DNA of 40,111 nt from a bacterium (GCA_021824155.1 JAKALN010000003.1:1-40111), one strand, 5' to 3'. Counted from the first letter of the stretch, positions 1 to 9,650 are shown. Notes: generated by a model from the letters alone, not told the origin. Translations and numbers: made by a program.

Positions 1-2071
1 TTTCCGGCCAACCGAAATTCGGATCAAGTAAAAAAAGGCTGTTTGCATCGCTTAATATCTGATAGAAATCTTCCGTAGCAAGATCATCATCATCCAATCC
101 TAATCCTAAAAGTCTCCTATAATCTTCACTAATTTCGGCAAGTTCCTGTGTTCCTGTTTTTACTTCCGCTGAAGATAGAGCTTCATTACCTGAATTATTG
201 GCAGTTGTCTGCAAAGAAACCAAACCGTTAATCTTTTCCGAAACCAGTCTTCGCTGTCTATCAATTTCATCCAACTGCGGCTTATATCTTTCGAAAATTA
301 TTGTCCTAGCATCATCGTACCTCGAATTATATGTTTTTTCGCTTTCCCCGGCTCCTCTGGGCGGAATACCGTTTATATCCGCTTGTCTCAACGTCTTAAT
401 TCTCTCAGACTCTCCCGGAAGATCGTGAATTGTAATTGGAATCCCGTTTTCATCGGGAATAGTTATATCAGGTGCGCCTACAACACTTATTGATGCCCTT
501 AAGGCATTCAGCGCGTCTTCGTAGCCCAAAGTATTACCTCCTTGGATTATTTTTGACAATGCTTCCCGGATAGATTCGCGGCTGCCTTGCACCGTAAGAA
601 CCTTTTCCCTATAACTAACTATTTTTGGCTCCGCTTCTCCAACCGCAGTCTTATCTTGCTGCAGTCTTTGATGTTCTTCCGTTGCTTCTTTTTTCCTGCT
701 TTGAAGAGCTGTTCCTCCTTCTTGTCTTGCGTCAATCGCTTTCGTTAAAAGTTGCCCGACATCTTCCCTTGGCCTGTTTTCCCGCATAACCTGGGCGAAT
801 CTGTCCATTAAGGCGCCTTCCTGCGCTCTTCTGTATATATCCCTGGCTGCATCAATTGCAATTCCGGGAGCGCGTCCTCCCAATTCTTCGAAACGGCGTT
901 GAACATCTGCTGTCATTTTGTTGTCAATCTCTTCAGGCCTTTGCCCCAAAGAGTTAAGGAATTGGTCGGATAATGCATCCAGTCTTTGCGGCGGTACTCC
1001 AAGATCTGTCATATACATTGCCCTTAGATAAATTAAGCGGACTGCTTCCGCCTCTACTTTTTCCCCTCCTCTTACGGAAAGTTCCGGATGAGCAGGATCT
1101 ACTCCTATAAGATATTTTGAACGAAGCTGTTCTCCCGGTCTTTGAGCTTGAGCCAATACATCCTGGTCATCTGTTAGTACCAATCTTGGCCCTTCGCGTG
1201 TTAGCCTTCCGACCCCTGTAGCAATTGCGCTAAATGCCGAAGAACCGGCTACGGCGCCTTCGACTAAACCTACAGGACCACCAACAAAAGTTCCGCCTAT
1301 TGCTCCCAATAATCCTCCCGCAGCGCTCCAGGGACCAAGCCCTCTTGTTATTGCGGATATGTTACTCCTGTCTCCTGCTCTTCCGCCCTGTTCTTCCGGC
1401 CTTCTCGCCCACTCATCTAACCTGTTATAGCTTTCCCTTAACCTTCCCTGGTCTATCGGAAGATCCACTGTTCTTCTTAATCTATCCGTGTTTGTTCTTG
1501 TACCGGGCCTTGCCATCTCTGCCCTAACGCCCAAAGCCGCTAAACTGTCCCTGGCATATCTCTCGGCAACGGCCATAAGGTTTTGCATCATAAGTGGATG
1601 TTCTAAAATCATGGCATTAACCTCATCGGCGCTTTTTATCACTCTCTGTCCGTTTTCGATTTTAGAGAAAGCTGCAAGCATTGCCTCGTCCTCCTGATAA
1701 TTTAAATCTATGCCAGCCTGCTGGTTTTTCATGGCTTCGTAAACCGTGGTTGTTGTACCGCCTACTGTAATCGGTGTTTTCTGTAAATCAATAAGCTTAT
1801 CTACGTAAGTCACCGCAAAATCCCTAAGCCCGGAAACAACCTCCGAGCTAAACTCTACTTTTGCTTCCGGCCTCACTCCCCCTGCAAGAGCTCTCTCTCC
1901 GGGACCGGTTGCGGGCAAACCTATAATACTACCATCAAACGCACTTCTGTCAAATTTTACCCGGGGGCCCGTGGGTTCTGCTATTTTTTGCCTTTTTGCC
2001 GGCGTAAACGGATGAGGAGTTTTTTCGCTGATAACATTAACTGCGGCTGTTGCCGCGCTTATCTCGGCCAT
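1..2071 (-). CDS. Large hypothetical protein (>=690 aa, 3' end outside window) with an internal glycine-zipper segment
   Basis: Not in the ORF track, presumably because its stop lies outside the window. Manual translation from ATG at 2071 gives MAEISAATAAVNVISEKTPHPF... and includes WSAAGGLLGAIGGTFVGGPVGLVEGAVAGSSAFSAIATGVG (~1210-1340). The same frame is open at the window edge (...ANSLFLLDPNFGWPE). The middle portion was not checked codon by codon. Confidence 0.8.
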   Translation of the reverse strand, partial: MAEISAATAAVNVISEKTPHPFTPAKRQKIAEPTGPRVKFDRSAFDGSIIGLPATGPGERALAGGVRPEAKVEFSSEVVSGLRDFAVTYVDKLIDLQKTPITVGGTTTTVYEAMKNQQAGIDLNYQEDEAMLAAFSKIENGQRVIKSADEVNAMILEHPLMMQNLMAVAERYARDSLAALGVRAEMARPGTRTNTDRLRRTVDLPIDQGRLRESYNRLDEWARRPEEQGGRAGDRSNISAITRGLGPWSAAGGLLGAIGGTFVGGPVGLVEGAVAGSSAFSAIATGVGRLTREGPRLVLTDDQDVLAQAQRPGEQLRSKYLIGVDPAHPELSVRGGEKVEAEAVRLIYLRAMYMTDLGVPPQRLDALSDQFLNSLGQRPEEIDNKMTADVQRRFEELGGRAPGIAIDAARDIYRRAQEGALMDRFAQVMRENRPREDVGQLLTKAIDARQEGGTALQSRKKEATEEHQRLQQDKTAVGEAEPKIVSYREKVLTVQGSRESIREALSKIIQGGNTLGYEDALNALRASISVVGAPDITIPDENGIPITIHDLPGESERIKTLRQADINGIPPRGAGESEKTYNSRYDDARTIIFERYKPQLDEIDRQRRLVSEKINGLVSLQTTANNSGNEALSSAEVKTGTQELAEISEDYRRLLGLGLDDDDLATEDFYQILSDANSLFLLDPNFGWPE

Positions 2072-2122
2072 ACCCTATTATTAGTTGATTTGACAAAATA
2101 TTTCAACTATTATAATCATAAT

Positions 2123-3499
2123 ATGAGTGAAGCAGCCGAAGCAGGCGCCCCACCGCCTCCAGCTCCCGAAAAAACTGTTGCACCCGAGCAAAGGGAAAAT
2201 ATCAGGAAAAAAGCACAGGAAGCAGCAAAAGTTGTCGGAAAACGGTTAATCCACAGAAAAGCCAGAGAAATTGCGGAAAAAGACGACAGCGAATTAGAAG
2301 GGGACGGACACGGACATGAAAGGGCCATAAAAGTTTTTGTAAAAAATAAATCTGCTACCGAAACGGCGGGCAAAAACATGAAGCCCCAGGCGCTTGATAT
2401 TCCTCTTACAGACGGAAAACCAATAACTGTCCATGCAGAAATTAACGGAATAAAAAAAGACGTCCAAATAGCAAGAATTGTAGGAACAGTAAACCGAAAC
2501 GGAGTTGCAATGGCACAGTACGAATATGCCGAAGGGGCGGGAATAATATCTAATCCTACCGCTCCTTTTGAAATACCTTGGGAAGAAGTGATAAACGGTC
2601 AAATATTATCAGAGCAAGAAGCGTTTGCTCAAAGTCTGCAGGGAGACGAAAGAATAATGTTTGAGTACTACGCTGCAAATCTTGCGGGAGGAGAAAGAGC
2701 GCAAGATTTAGATGAACAGCTCTTTGGCGATGACAAGCTTGACGCTACAAGAGAAACTATACAAAAAGCGGCAAGAAAAACAGGGATTCTAACAAAAGAT
2801 GACGTGGAAGCTTTTATTGATTCCCGTATGCCAAAAGTTGAGGCAGGACAAACGCCTACGGTAGAACAGCAAGCCCAAATGACGCAGCTGGAACAAGTAA
2901 GAACGCTTTTAGGGGACGAAACCGTTGTCAGCGGAGAAACTCTTTCTAAAATAATAACAAATAATACAAATATAGACGCCGCCACAGTTAAGGAAGGGCT
3001 TTCTGCAGTAGAAAAAGAGGCAGGAGAAACATTCCGGCAGCTTGAGGCAATCAAATCAAAATTATCTAAAACTCTTTCCTCTTCCGAAGCTTCTGACCTT
3101 GAACAAAGACAAAATCAGCTTCAGGGAAAATATGATTCGCTTATGGCGCAAAGAGCTAGCTTACAGAACCTACATGAGCTCTCGGGTCTTTCCGAAACCG
3201 GGGGCATCCAAAATGTCGCAGAAGAATATTGGAGAAAACTTGAAGAAGGAGATATTTCAGAAGATTCTGCAAGAGGACTGGCAGAGGCTTTCCGTTCTGG
3301 TAATATGGACGGAATTTTAGACCAGCTGTTAGCCGATCCGCAAAAAGGAGCAAACGAAAGCCAGGAAGAATTTGAAAATCGTCAAAAAAAGATTATGGAA
3401 CTAAGAGAAATAAGAGACAAGGCAAAAAGCTTCGGTGTATTAACCATATTGGCTCTTCTTCTTGTAAGCTCAAGCGCAATAAAGGAATTTAAGATATAA
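2123..3499 (+). CDS. Hypothetical acidic/coiled-coil protein with a single C-terminal hydrophobic anchor
   Basis: Start moved to ATG 2123 (MSEAAEAGAPPPP), 6 nt after TATAAT (2111-2116). Helical, E/Q/K-rich body; C-terminus FGVLTILALLLVSSSAIKEFKI. Confidence 0.8.
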   Translation: MSEAAEAGAPPPPAPEKTVAPEQRENIRKKAQEAAKVVGKRLIHRKAREIAEKDDSELEGDGHGHERAIKVFVKNKSATETAGKNMKPQALDIPLTDGKPITVHAEINGIKKDVQIARIVGTVNRNGVAMAQYEYAEGAGIISNPTAPFEIPWEEVINGQILSEQEAFAQSLQGDERIMFEYYAANLAGGERAQDLDEQLFGDDKLDATRETIQKAARKTGILTKDDVEAFIDSRMPKVEAGQTPTVEQQAQMTQLEQVRTLLGDETVVSGETLSKIITNNTNIDAATVKEGLSAVEKEAGETFRQLEAIKSKLSKTLSSSEASDLEQRQNQLQGKYDSLMAQRASLQNLHELSGLSETGGIQNVAEEYWRKLEEGDISEDSARGLAEAFRSGNMDGILDQLLADPQKGANESQEEFENRQKKIMELREIRDKAKSFGVLTILALLLVSSSAIKEFKI

Positions 3500-3503
3500 A
3501 AGC

Positions 3504-3642
<139 letters not shown>

Positions 3643-3686
3643 GAACATATTAAGGAGATTATTCCCAGGCTTGGGGCGACCTCTCC
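3643..3686 (-). repeat. 44-bp tRNA-Ser leader element copy 1
   Basis: Minus strand GGAGAGGTCGCCCCAAGCCTGGGAATAATCTCCTTAATATGTTC lies immediately 5' of the tRNA. It matches copy 2 (4995-5038) at 42 of 44 positions. Confidence 0.9.
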
Positions 3687-3707
3687 GAGCTAACTTCTGA
3701 CTTATAG

Positions 3708-3736
3708 ATTATAGCTAATAGCCAATTGCATGTCCA
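3708..3736 (-). promoter_or_regulatory. Sigma70-type promoter for tRNA-Ser(UGA)
   Basis: Minus strand TGGACA (3736-3731), 17 nt, TATAAT (3713-3708). This would place the 44-bp element inside the transcript leader. Confidence 0.6.
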
Positions 3737-3776
3737 TTACCTTGACTATAAAACTCCAATACTATAAAGTAAAAAT

Positions 3777-4325
3777 ATGGCTGCCCATAAAGAACAAGAA
3801 AAACATAAGGAAGCTCCAAAAGAAAATTTTTCATACACCGAAGTAAAAACCCTTCTTGCCTGGACAGCCCCGGGGCGGCCTTTTAGAAAAAGGACTAAAC
3901 AGTATTATCTGACAAGTCTTTTAATAATGCTTTTTGTTGAGATAATTCTTTTCCTTTTTTCCCAATATATGCTGATGTTTGTAATATTATCTTTGGTTTT
4001 CGTGGCATTTGCCCTTGCGACTGTTCCCCCAAGGGACTTCCATTACAGAATAAGTACCGAAGGAATTATGGTTGAGGACCATTTTTTCCTTTGGCAGGAA
4101 CTTTATGATTTTTATTTTATAAAAAGAGAAGGAGCACAAGCCCTTCATATTAGAACTCATGCATTTATTCCAGGGGAACTCACGATTACACTTGGAGGAA
4201 TAAATGAAGAACACGTTAAGTCGGTTCTTTTACCTTTTCTTCCATACAGAGAATATATAAAACCCACTTTTATGGAAAAATCCGCAGATTGGCTTTCTAA
4301 AAACTTTCCTCTTGAAAACGTCTAG
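3777..4325 (+). CDS. Conserved membrane protein (2 TM helices plus soluble C-terminal domain; DUF5673-like)
   Basis: LAWTAPGRPFRKR followed by two hydrophobic helices and a YRISTEGIMVEDHFFLWQEL beta-rich domain. Promoter TTGACT-17-TAAAGT lies 6 nt before the ATG. Family name is from recall. Confidence 0.7.
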   Translation: MAAHKEQEKHKEAPKENFSYTEVKTLLAWTAPGRPFRKRTKQYYLTSLLIMLFVEIILFLFSQYMLMFVILSLVFVAFALATVPPRDFHYRISTEGIMVEDHFFLWQELYDFYFIKREGAQALHIRTHAFIPGELTITLGGINEEHVKSVLLPFLPYREYIKPTFMEKSADWLSKNFPLENV

Positions 4326-4326
4326 C

Positions 4327-4379
4327 GGCATAAACCACGTAGGGTTTATGCCAGTCCTGAACTCATCGTAGTTTAGGGC
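4327..4379. repeat. Twin-hairpin cassette copy 2
   Basis: GGCATAAACC-ACGTAG-GGTTTATGCC (4327-4352), A, then GTCCTGAACT-CATCGT-AGTTTAGGGC (4354-4379; two G:T pairs on the + strand). Confidence 0.85.
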
Positions 4380-4465
4380 GGAGGGGGCGGGATTTGAACC
4401 CGCGATACCCTTGCGGATATACCTGCTCTCCAAGCAAGCGCACTAGGCCACTATGCGACCCCTCC
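4379..4465 (-). tRNA. tRNA-Ser (anticodon GGA)
   Basis: GGAGGGGTCGCATAGTGGCCTAGTGCGCTTGCTTGGAGAGCAGGTATATCCGCAAGGGTATCGCGGGTTCAAATCCCGCCCCCTCCG. Followed by CCC, so CCA is not encoded. Confidence 0.96.
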
Positions 4466-4472
4466 TAGATAC

Positions 4473-4904
4473 CTATATAACAATAGCTGTCATCAATTCT
4501 TGTACTTCTTTCCAAACATCTTTGTCCGATTTATACGTTAATCTTTCTTCTACTTTTTCAGGCCTTAGCCATTCAACATTTTCCATTTCAAAATCATGAT
4601 TATTTATATCTCCGGATAGATATTCCATTAAATAATAATAAACCTTCTTTTTTATTTTCTCCCCTTCGAATACGTACCAGTATCCAACTGGTTTTAACTG
4701 TTTTATTATTCTACCACGAACTCCGGTTTCTTCTTCAACCTCCCTTAAAGCGGTTTCTTCTTTTCCTTCGTTTTCTATATGGTCCCCTATTAAACCTTTG
4801 GGAAATACCCAGCCGTGATGCTGGGAATGTTGACATAATAATATTTCAATGCCGTTTTTGGTTTTTTGAAAGACAACTCCACCTGCTGAAAATTCAAATT
4901 TCAT
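4473..4904 (-). CDS. NUDIX hydrolase (Ap4A-hydrolase/MutT-like)
   Basis: SAGGVV...WVFPKGLIGDHIENEGKEETALREVEEETGV Nudix box, with a 3-residue insertion between G and the first E. Confidence 0.92.
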   Translation of the reverse strand: MKFEFSAGGVVFQKTKNGIEILLCQHSQHHGWVFPKGLIGDHIENEGKEETALREVEEETGVRGRIIKQLKPVGYWYVFEGEKIKKKVYYYLMEYLSGDINNHDFEMENVEWLRPEKVEERLTYKSDKDVWKEVQELMTAIVI

Positions 4905-4907
4905 AAG

Positions 4908-4994
4908 CGGAGAGGGTGAGATTCGAACTCACGGTTACCTTACGGCAACAGCGGTTTTCGAAACCGCCGCACTAGTCCGCTATGCGACCTCTCC
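4908..4994 (-). tRNA. tRNA-Ser (anticodon CGA)
   Basis: GGAGAGGTCGCATAGCGGACTAGTGCGGCGGTTTCGAAAACCGCTGTTGCCGTAAGGTAACCGTGAGTTCGAATCTCACCCTCTCCG; CCA not encoded. Confidence 0.96.
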
Positions 4995-5038
4995 GAACGT
5001 ATTAAGGAGATTAGTCCCAGGCTTGGGGCGACCTCTCC
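4995..5038 (-). repeat. 44-bp tRNA-Ser leader element copy 2
   Basis: Minus strand GGAGAGGTCGCCCCAAGCCTGGGACTAATCTCCTTAATACGTTC lies immediately 5' of tRNA-Ser(CGA). Confidence 0.9.
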
Positions 5039-5050
5039 AAACTTTAATTG

Positions 5051-5123
5051 CGTGCCCGAGAGGAATCGAACCTCCAACCGCCTGGACCGCAACCAGGTGT
5101 TCTGTCCGTTGAACTACGGGCAC
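5051..5123 (-). tRNA. tRNA-Arg (anticodon GCG)
   Basis: GTGCCCGTAGTTCAACGGACAGAACACCTGGTTGCGGTCCAGGCGGTTGGAGGTTCGATTCCTCTCGGGCACG. Anticodon stem CCTGG/CCAGG, loop TTGCGGT. Upstream promoter-like TTGTTA-17-TAAAAT (5163-5135). Confidence 0.95.
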
Positions 5124-5249
5124 AAGCAACTTGTATTTTACTTTATTTATGGCTTTTTAACAAACTTGATCCCATTAAATTCTTCGCTTGGCTTAATTGG
5201 ATTTAGCGGGGTTGACATCCATAAAAAAATAGGACAAACTAAGCTTAGG

Positions 5250-6959
5250 ATGAAAATCGCTGTCCGTTTTCTTTTGATTGGATTACTAGCCTTTTTTAGC
5301 ATATTTTTCTTAGCTAAAACCTCCTTTGCCCAAACACAAAGCAATTACCCACCCGTAAACTCTTCTTATGCAGCTCCCAACACCAACCCTGATGTTCCCA
5401 ATAATCTTCACACATGGACACAAAATGTAATGATTGAAGTAATGTCTGCAATGAGCTGTCAGCTGGCAGGAATTGACCCGACTAATCCTTCTGCAAAATG
5501 CCTTGGCGTTGATAATAAAACAGGAAAAATAGGCTACGTACAAAACGGCGGAGGAGCCATAGGAATAATGGGAAATCTCATTGCCTTAACGCTTACGCCT
5601 CCTATTCATACAAGCGATTATATAGCTTATGTTTCAAGAAACTTTGGGATCGCCAAGCCTACATACGCTGCAAACCAAAGCGGATTTAATTCCCTCTCTC
5701 CAATTATGGGAACCTGGGTTGTATTTAGGAATATTGTCTATTTGTTGTTTGTGCTAATTTTCCTTGTAATAGGAATCGCAATCATGCTTAGGGTAAAAAT
5801 AGACCCCAGAACCGTTATGACAATTCAAAATCAAATTCCAAAAATAATAATTGGTCTTATTCTGGTTACTTTTTCTTTTGCTATTGCCGGTCTTTTGATT
5901 GATGTTATGTGGATTGTAATCTATCTTTTTATAAACGTACTATCTGCCGCAGACCCCAGTCTTGCAGCGGGAGGAGCAGGTAAAATTACCCAGGATCTTA
6001 ACAATACAACACTAAATTTTGCAAATAACCCGAATTTGTTCAGTGGAGGACTTTTGGGAGTTGCCGGCGGAGCAGCCGGCTCAATTGCAAGTATTATAGG
6101 CAGCATGTTTTCGGGAAGCGGCGCGGCAACACAAACTGCCGGCAATCCAATTATTGATTTAATTACTAACCCAATCGGAACAGCCTTGGGCGCAATAATT
6201 GGAGGACTTCTTACTATAGTAGGCGGAATTGCGGCTTTTTTCATAATTATGATTGCCCTTTTATGGGCGATGTTTAAGCTCTGGTTTTCTCTTTTAAATG
6301 CCTACATATTTATTCTTGTTGATGTTGTTTTTGCGCCTTTTTGGATAGTTTCCGGACTTTTGCCCGGAGGCCAATCAATGGGATTCAACGCCTGGTTAAG
6401 GGATATGCTTGGAAATCTATCTGCATTTCCTACTACAATCGCGATGTTTTTACTCGGAAAAATACTTATAGATTCTTTCGGAAATAATGGCAGCGCTCAG
6501 GGATTTTTACCTCCTCTTATAGGAAATCCTGCAGCGAGCGGAACAAATGTTTTCGGTTCGCTTATCGCCCTGGGAATAATATTTACCACTCCTCACGTTG
6601 TAAAAATTACCAAAGCCGCGTTTAAAGCTCCTAAGATTGACCTTGGGCCTATTGAAGAATCCGTAGGCGCCGGACAGGCAGTTGTCGGAGGATTTGTAGG
6701 CGGAGCAAGTAAGAGTGTTTTTAGAAGAGACCAATATGGCAGAGCAGAGGGACCTGGAGCACAATGGCTTGATACTAAAGTAAAAGTTAAAGCAGTAAGA
6801 ACACTTCTTGGTTGGAGAGATAAAAATTATAATCCATTTACTATCCAAGAAGATTTAACGGGCCCGGGAAAAAATCCAACCCCCACCCCGGTTACCAAAA
6901 AAGAAGTAAAAACTCCGCCGGCCCAACCGCCGGCCCCTGAAGGAAATAATAACGCTTAA
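5250..6959 (+). CDS. Polytopic membrane protein, VirB6/TrbL-like T4SS channel component
   Basis: Start moved to ATG 5250 because the track start overlaps tRNA-Arg. N-terminal signal-like segment, WVVFRNIVYLLF...IPKIIIGLILVTFSFAIAGLLID, several TM helices, Gly-rich region, AYIFILVDVVFAPFWI...WLRDMLGNLSAFP, Pro-rich tail. Lies near the pilin/virB4 cluster. Confidence 0.7.
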   Translation: MKIAVRFLLIGLLAFFSIFFLAKTSFAQTQSNYPPVNSSYAAPNTNPDVPNNLHTWTQNVMIEVMSAMSCQLAGIDPTNPSAKCLGVDNKTGKIGYVQNGGGAIGIMGNLIALTLTPPIHTSDYIAYVSRNFGIAKPTYAANQSGFNSLSPIMGTWVVFRNIVYLLFVLIFLVIGIAIMLRVKIDPRTVMTIQNQIPKIIIGLILVTFSFAIAGLLIDVMWIVIYLFINVLSAADPSLAAGGAGKITQDLNNTTLNFANNPNLFSGGLLGVAGGAAGSIASIIGSMFSGSGAATQTAGNPIIDLITNPIGTALGAIIGGLLTIVGGIAAFFIIMIALLWAMFKLWFSLLNAYIFILVDVVFAPFWIVSGLLPGGQSMGFNAWLRDMLGNLSAFPTTIAMFLLGKILIDSFGNNGSAQGFLPPLIGNPAASGTNVFGSLIALGIIFTTPHVVKITKAAFKAPKIDLGPIEESVGAGQAVVGGFVGGASKSVFRRDQYGRAEGPGAQWLDTKVKVKAVRTLLGWRDKNYNPFTIQEDLTGPGKNPTPTPVTKKEVKTPPAQPPAPEGNNNA

Positions 6960-9650
6960 TTAAACTTTGGTAAGCTTGCCGGTTGTTGATCTAAACCCCT
7001 TTAGGGCTCCTAAAAGACCTCCCGCTAAGGCTCCCCCCCCGCCCTCGGTTAAAAACATTCCAAATTCTGTTGTATGTGTAATTTTTCTAAGCTCGTTTAT
7101 TTCACTTTCTGTTAATATTCCTTTTTCCTTAATAAAGGCATAAATAGCCTGCATTTTAAGCATATTAAATCTTTCCTGGTCGCTGAATACATTTCTGTGG
7201 GATTCTATTTCTGCCTTAACCAGATATTCAAATACCCCCTTCCAAAGAAGTTGCCTCATCTCTGACGCCTGTATTTCGGCTACATCTACTTCTCCCACGC
7301 CGGACATATTCCAAACTTTCTGTTTTTCTTTTTTACCTGCAAGCCGTTTTGCTTTTCCCTCGTCAGTAAGCTCTGCCAGCTTCTTAGCTTCTACCTCCTC
7401 TGCCTGCCTTTTGAGTATTTTTACAATCTCTGGCCCAAATAACTCCATGAGAATCGGCATGTTTTTGGCAACAGGATCCTCTCTTTTTATTTTCCCGGTT
7501 TTATAATCCGAATTGTCTTCCTCCGTTATTTCTGTCTCCCAGGTTCTTACCTTTTTACTATAATCGGTACCTCCCCAAGTAGAAGCCCAATACCTTATTG
7601 CCTTATCTACTCCGTCGATAATCTTATTAGCTTTTTCATAATCAATAACGGGCCTTCCCATAACATCAAAGGTGAGCATATTCTGGAAATTAAACCCGTT
7701 ATGGTCAATTAAAAACTCGAGGAGAGTAAAGGAGTTCATTATGTGATTGGACGCAAAACCCCTCATGCTGTTTTCCGCAAAAGTTACTTTTGTAGGAAGC
7801 TCTCTTAAAGCTTGTTTTATGTTGATATCACTTCCTTCTCCCCCCTGAATAACTTCTATTATTGTTCTGCCTTTTTCGTCCCGTATTCCCTCAAACCAGT
7901 TGAGCCCCAATCTTTTTATTCCAAGCATATTAAAAATGTTTCCATATAAAGCATTCCTATGTTCTGCCATCTGCCTTAATCTGTATTCTTGCACATTTAA
8001 AGCTTTTGTCCAGGCGTCATGGCCAACCGCACCCGTATCATTTTTTGCGGCCAATCCGGTCCATTTAGTCATAGAAAACGCCCACGCTTCGGCGTACTTT
8101 GCCTCGTCGTAATCAAGGCCCATTTCCTGCATCACAGACTGGACCATCCTTTCCCTAACCTCCGAAATTATTGCCTCACTTTTTTGGGGACCCGGAGCGG
8201 TAAATACATTAATAAATTTAAGATATTCTCTTCTTACTTTTGGGTCGTTAATTTTAATTTTTCCTTCTGAGTCATACCAGGAGCTTCTGTCATAGGCCTC
8301 TCCTGTGTTTCCTTCTTTATTCGTCCCTTTCTTTTTTCCTTTAATATTTCCGTCGGCGTCTATTTCGTCATATTCTTGTGTAAATAATGCTATATCGTCT
8401 TTTGTAAAAAGCTTTTTGAGCATATCGTGGTCATAAATATAATAATAGGCCAAAAGAAGCCTTCTTGTTGCCTGCCCAACTCCAAAATTTTTTTCAAGCT
8501 TATCCTGTATTTCCCTTCCCTCTTGCAAGACCTCTCCTTGGGCCTGCCTCATTGAGGGCATACTCATAATCGTTTCCAGAAAATTGCTCCTTGTAAAAGT
8601 ATTCGGGGTATAAAGTTTATATATGGTTTTTGATAGTTCCGGTTCGTTAAATTGGTTTGCGACGTATTCAACGTGATTATTCCTTGAAGTATTAAATAGA
8701 AAAGCTTCCAACAAAAGCTCGTTTTTTAATGCTTCATAATCGTCGTTCTTGTGAAGGGTAGTTCTTTTAACCCTCAGGTCATCCTCCGGATTTGAAGTAG
8801 GCGGTTTAAGCAACGTCTCTTCTCTTTTCTCCAAGAAATAACTTCCTGTTAAAACCATATCCGCTAAGTTAACCTGGCTCCAGCGTGACTTTACAAATAT
8901 TCGCGAGAAAAAATCAACAGTTTCCGTAGGGCTGAATTCGTGGACTTCAATCATCCTTTTCCTTGCCCATGCGAGAAAATTCTCCTTATTAACTCTTCCT
9001 TCATAGTCAACAAGCTCTTTTTTACCTCCTGTTTTCCACTGTGCGCTCTCGGACTTCATAATAAGGACAGCCAAGTCTTCCAACGATTCGGGAATATCCG
9101 GGGCCACAGCTTCTGCGCTAACAAAATGCTCCCTTATTTCTTTTGAAAAATCCGGTAATATCCTTTTTATTTCAGATATATTCCCTTGTGATTTTAATTC
9201 CCTCAATCTTTCTATTACGGGCCTGTAACTATCTTCATATACTGCTTCTGCCAGTTGTTTGGTTTTATCGGCATAATAGAGAAAATTTTCTAATTCATCC
9301 GCTACGTTGGGATCGTCCAAGCTTTGGCCGTGCAGTATTACCCTAATCCCTTCTCCAAACTTTTTTTGAAATTCCTTCACGGGGTCTTCTATTTCCGGCG
9401 CTTCTACCTGACCCCTGCTTAACGCCGCTTCTCTTATTGATTCCCGGGAATTCCTAATTGCCTCCCTCCCTCTATTTATTTGTTCTTGCAAACTCAAGTT
9501 TTCTTGGGGCTCTTCTCTATTTTCTCCTGAGTTATCTGCGGGAGGAGTTTCTCCTCTCCCTGGTTCGGGCATAAAATTCCTTTCACCTTCCAGTCTAGGA
9601 AGATTGGATTTGTTTGTCAACTCAATATTTATCGGTTCTTGTTCTTTCAT
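6960..9650 (-). CDS. Large hypothetical protein (870-896 aa) with a C-terminal glycine zipper
   Basis: 896-aa ORF with an alternative start at 9572 (MPEPGRGE, preceded by AAAGGAA). Ends FLTEGGGGALAGGLLGALKGFRSTTGKLTKV. Its stop abuts the stop of the convergent VirB6-like gene. Confidence 0.8.
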   Translation of the reverse strand: MKEQEPINIELTNKSNLPRLEGERNFMPEPGRGETPPADNSGENREEPQENLSLQEQINRGREAIRNSRESIREAALSRGQVEAPEIEDPVKEFQKKFGEGIRVILHGQSLDDPNVADELENFLYYADKTKQLAEAVYEDSYRPVIERLRELKSQGNISEIKRILPDFSKEIREHFVSAEAVAPDIPESLEDLAVLIMKSESAQWKTGGKKELVDYEGRVNKENFLAWARKRMIEVHEFSPTETVDFFSRIFVKSRWSQVNLADMVLTGSYFLEKREETLLKPPTSNPEDDLRVKRTTLHKNDDYEALKNELLLEAFLFNTSRNNHVEYVANQFNEPELSKTIYKLYTPNTFTRSNFLETIMSMPSMRQAQGEVLQEGREIQDKLEKNFGVGQATRRLLLAYYYIYDHDMLKKLFTKDDIALFTQEYDEIDADGNIKGKKKGTNKEGNTGEAYDRSSWYDSEGKIKINDPKVRREYLKFINVFTAPGPQKSEAIISEVRERMVQSVMQEMGLDYDEAKYAEAWAFSMTKWTGLAAKNDTGAVGHDAWTKALNVQEYRLRQMAEHRNALYGNIFNMLGIKRLGLNWFEGIRDEKGRTIIEVIQGGEGSDINIKQALRELPTKVTFAENSMRGFASNHIMNSFTLLEFLIDHNGFNFQNMLTFDVMGRPVIDYEKANKIIDGVDKAIRYWASTWGGTDYSKKVRTWETEITEEDNSDYKTGKIKREDPVAKNMPILMELFGPEIVKILKRQAEEVEAKKLAELTDEGKAKRLAGKKEKQKVWNMSGVGEVDVAEIQASEMRQLLWKGVFEYLVKAEIESHRNVFSDQERFNMLKMQAIYAFIKEKGILTESEINELRKITHTTEFGMFLTEGGGGALAGGLLGALKGFRSTTGKLTKV

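Noticed and set aside
198..1697. Short + strand ORFs (198-428, 1234-1527, 1488-1697) and the other short antisense or nested ORFs in the track
   Set aside because: They are shadows of longer genes on the opposite strand or in another frame, with no recognisable motifs.
4230..4433. 67-aa ORF MESRYIRKG...
   Set aside because: It overlaps tRNA-Ser(GGA) and is antisense to a real CDS.
5052..5249. N-terminal extension of the 635-aa ORF (likewise 1988-2122 of the 503-aa ORF)
   Set aside because: These overlap tRNA-Arg or the opposite-strand gene. Downstream ATGs (5250, 2123) have promoters and sensible N-termini.
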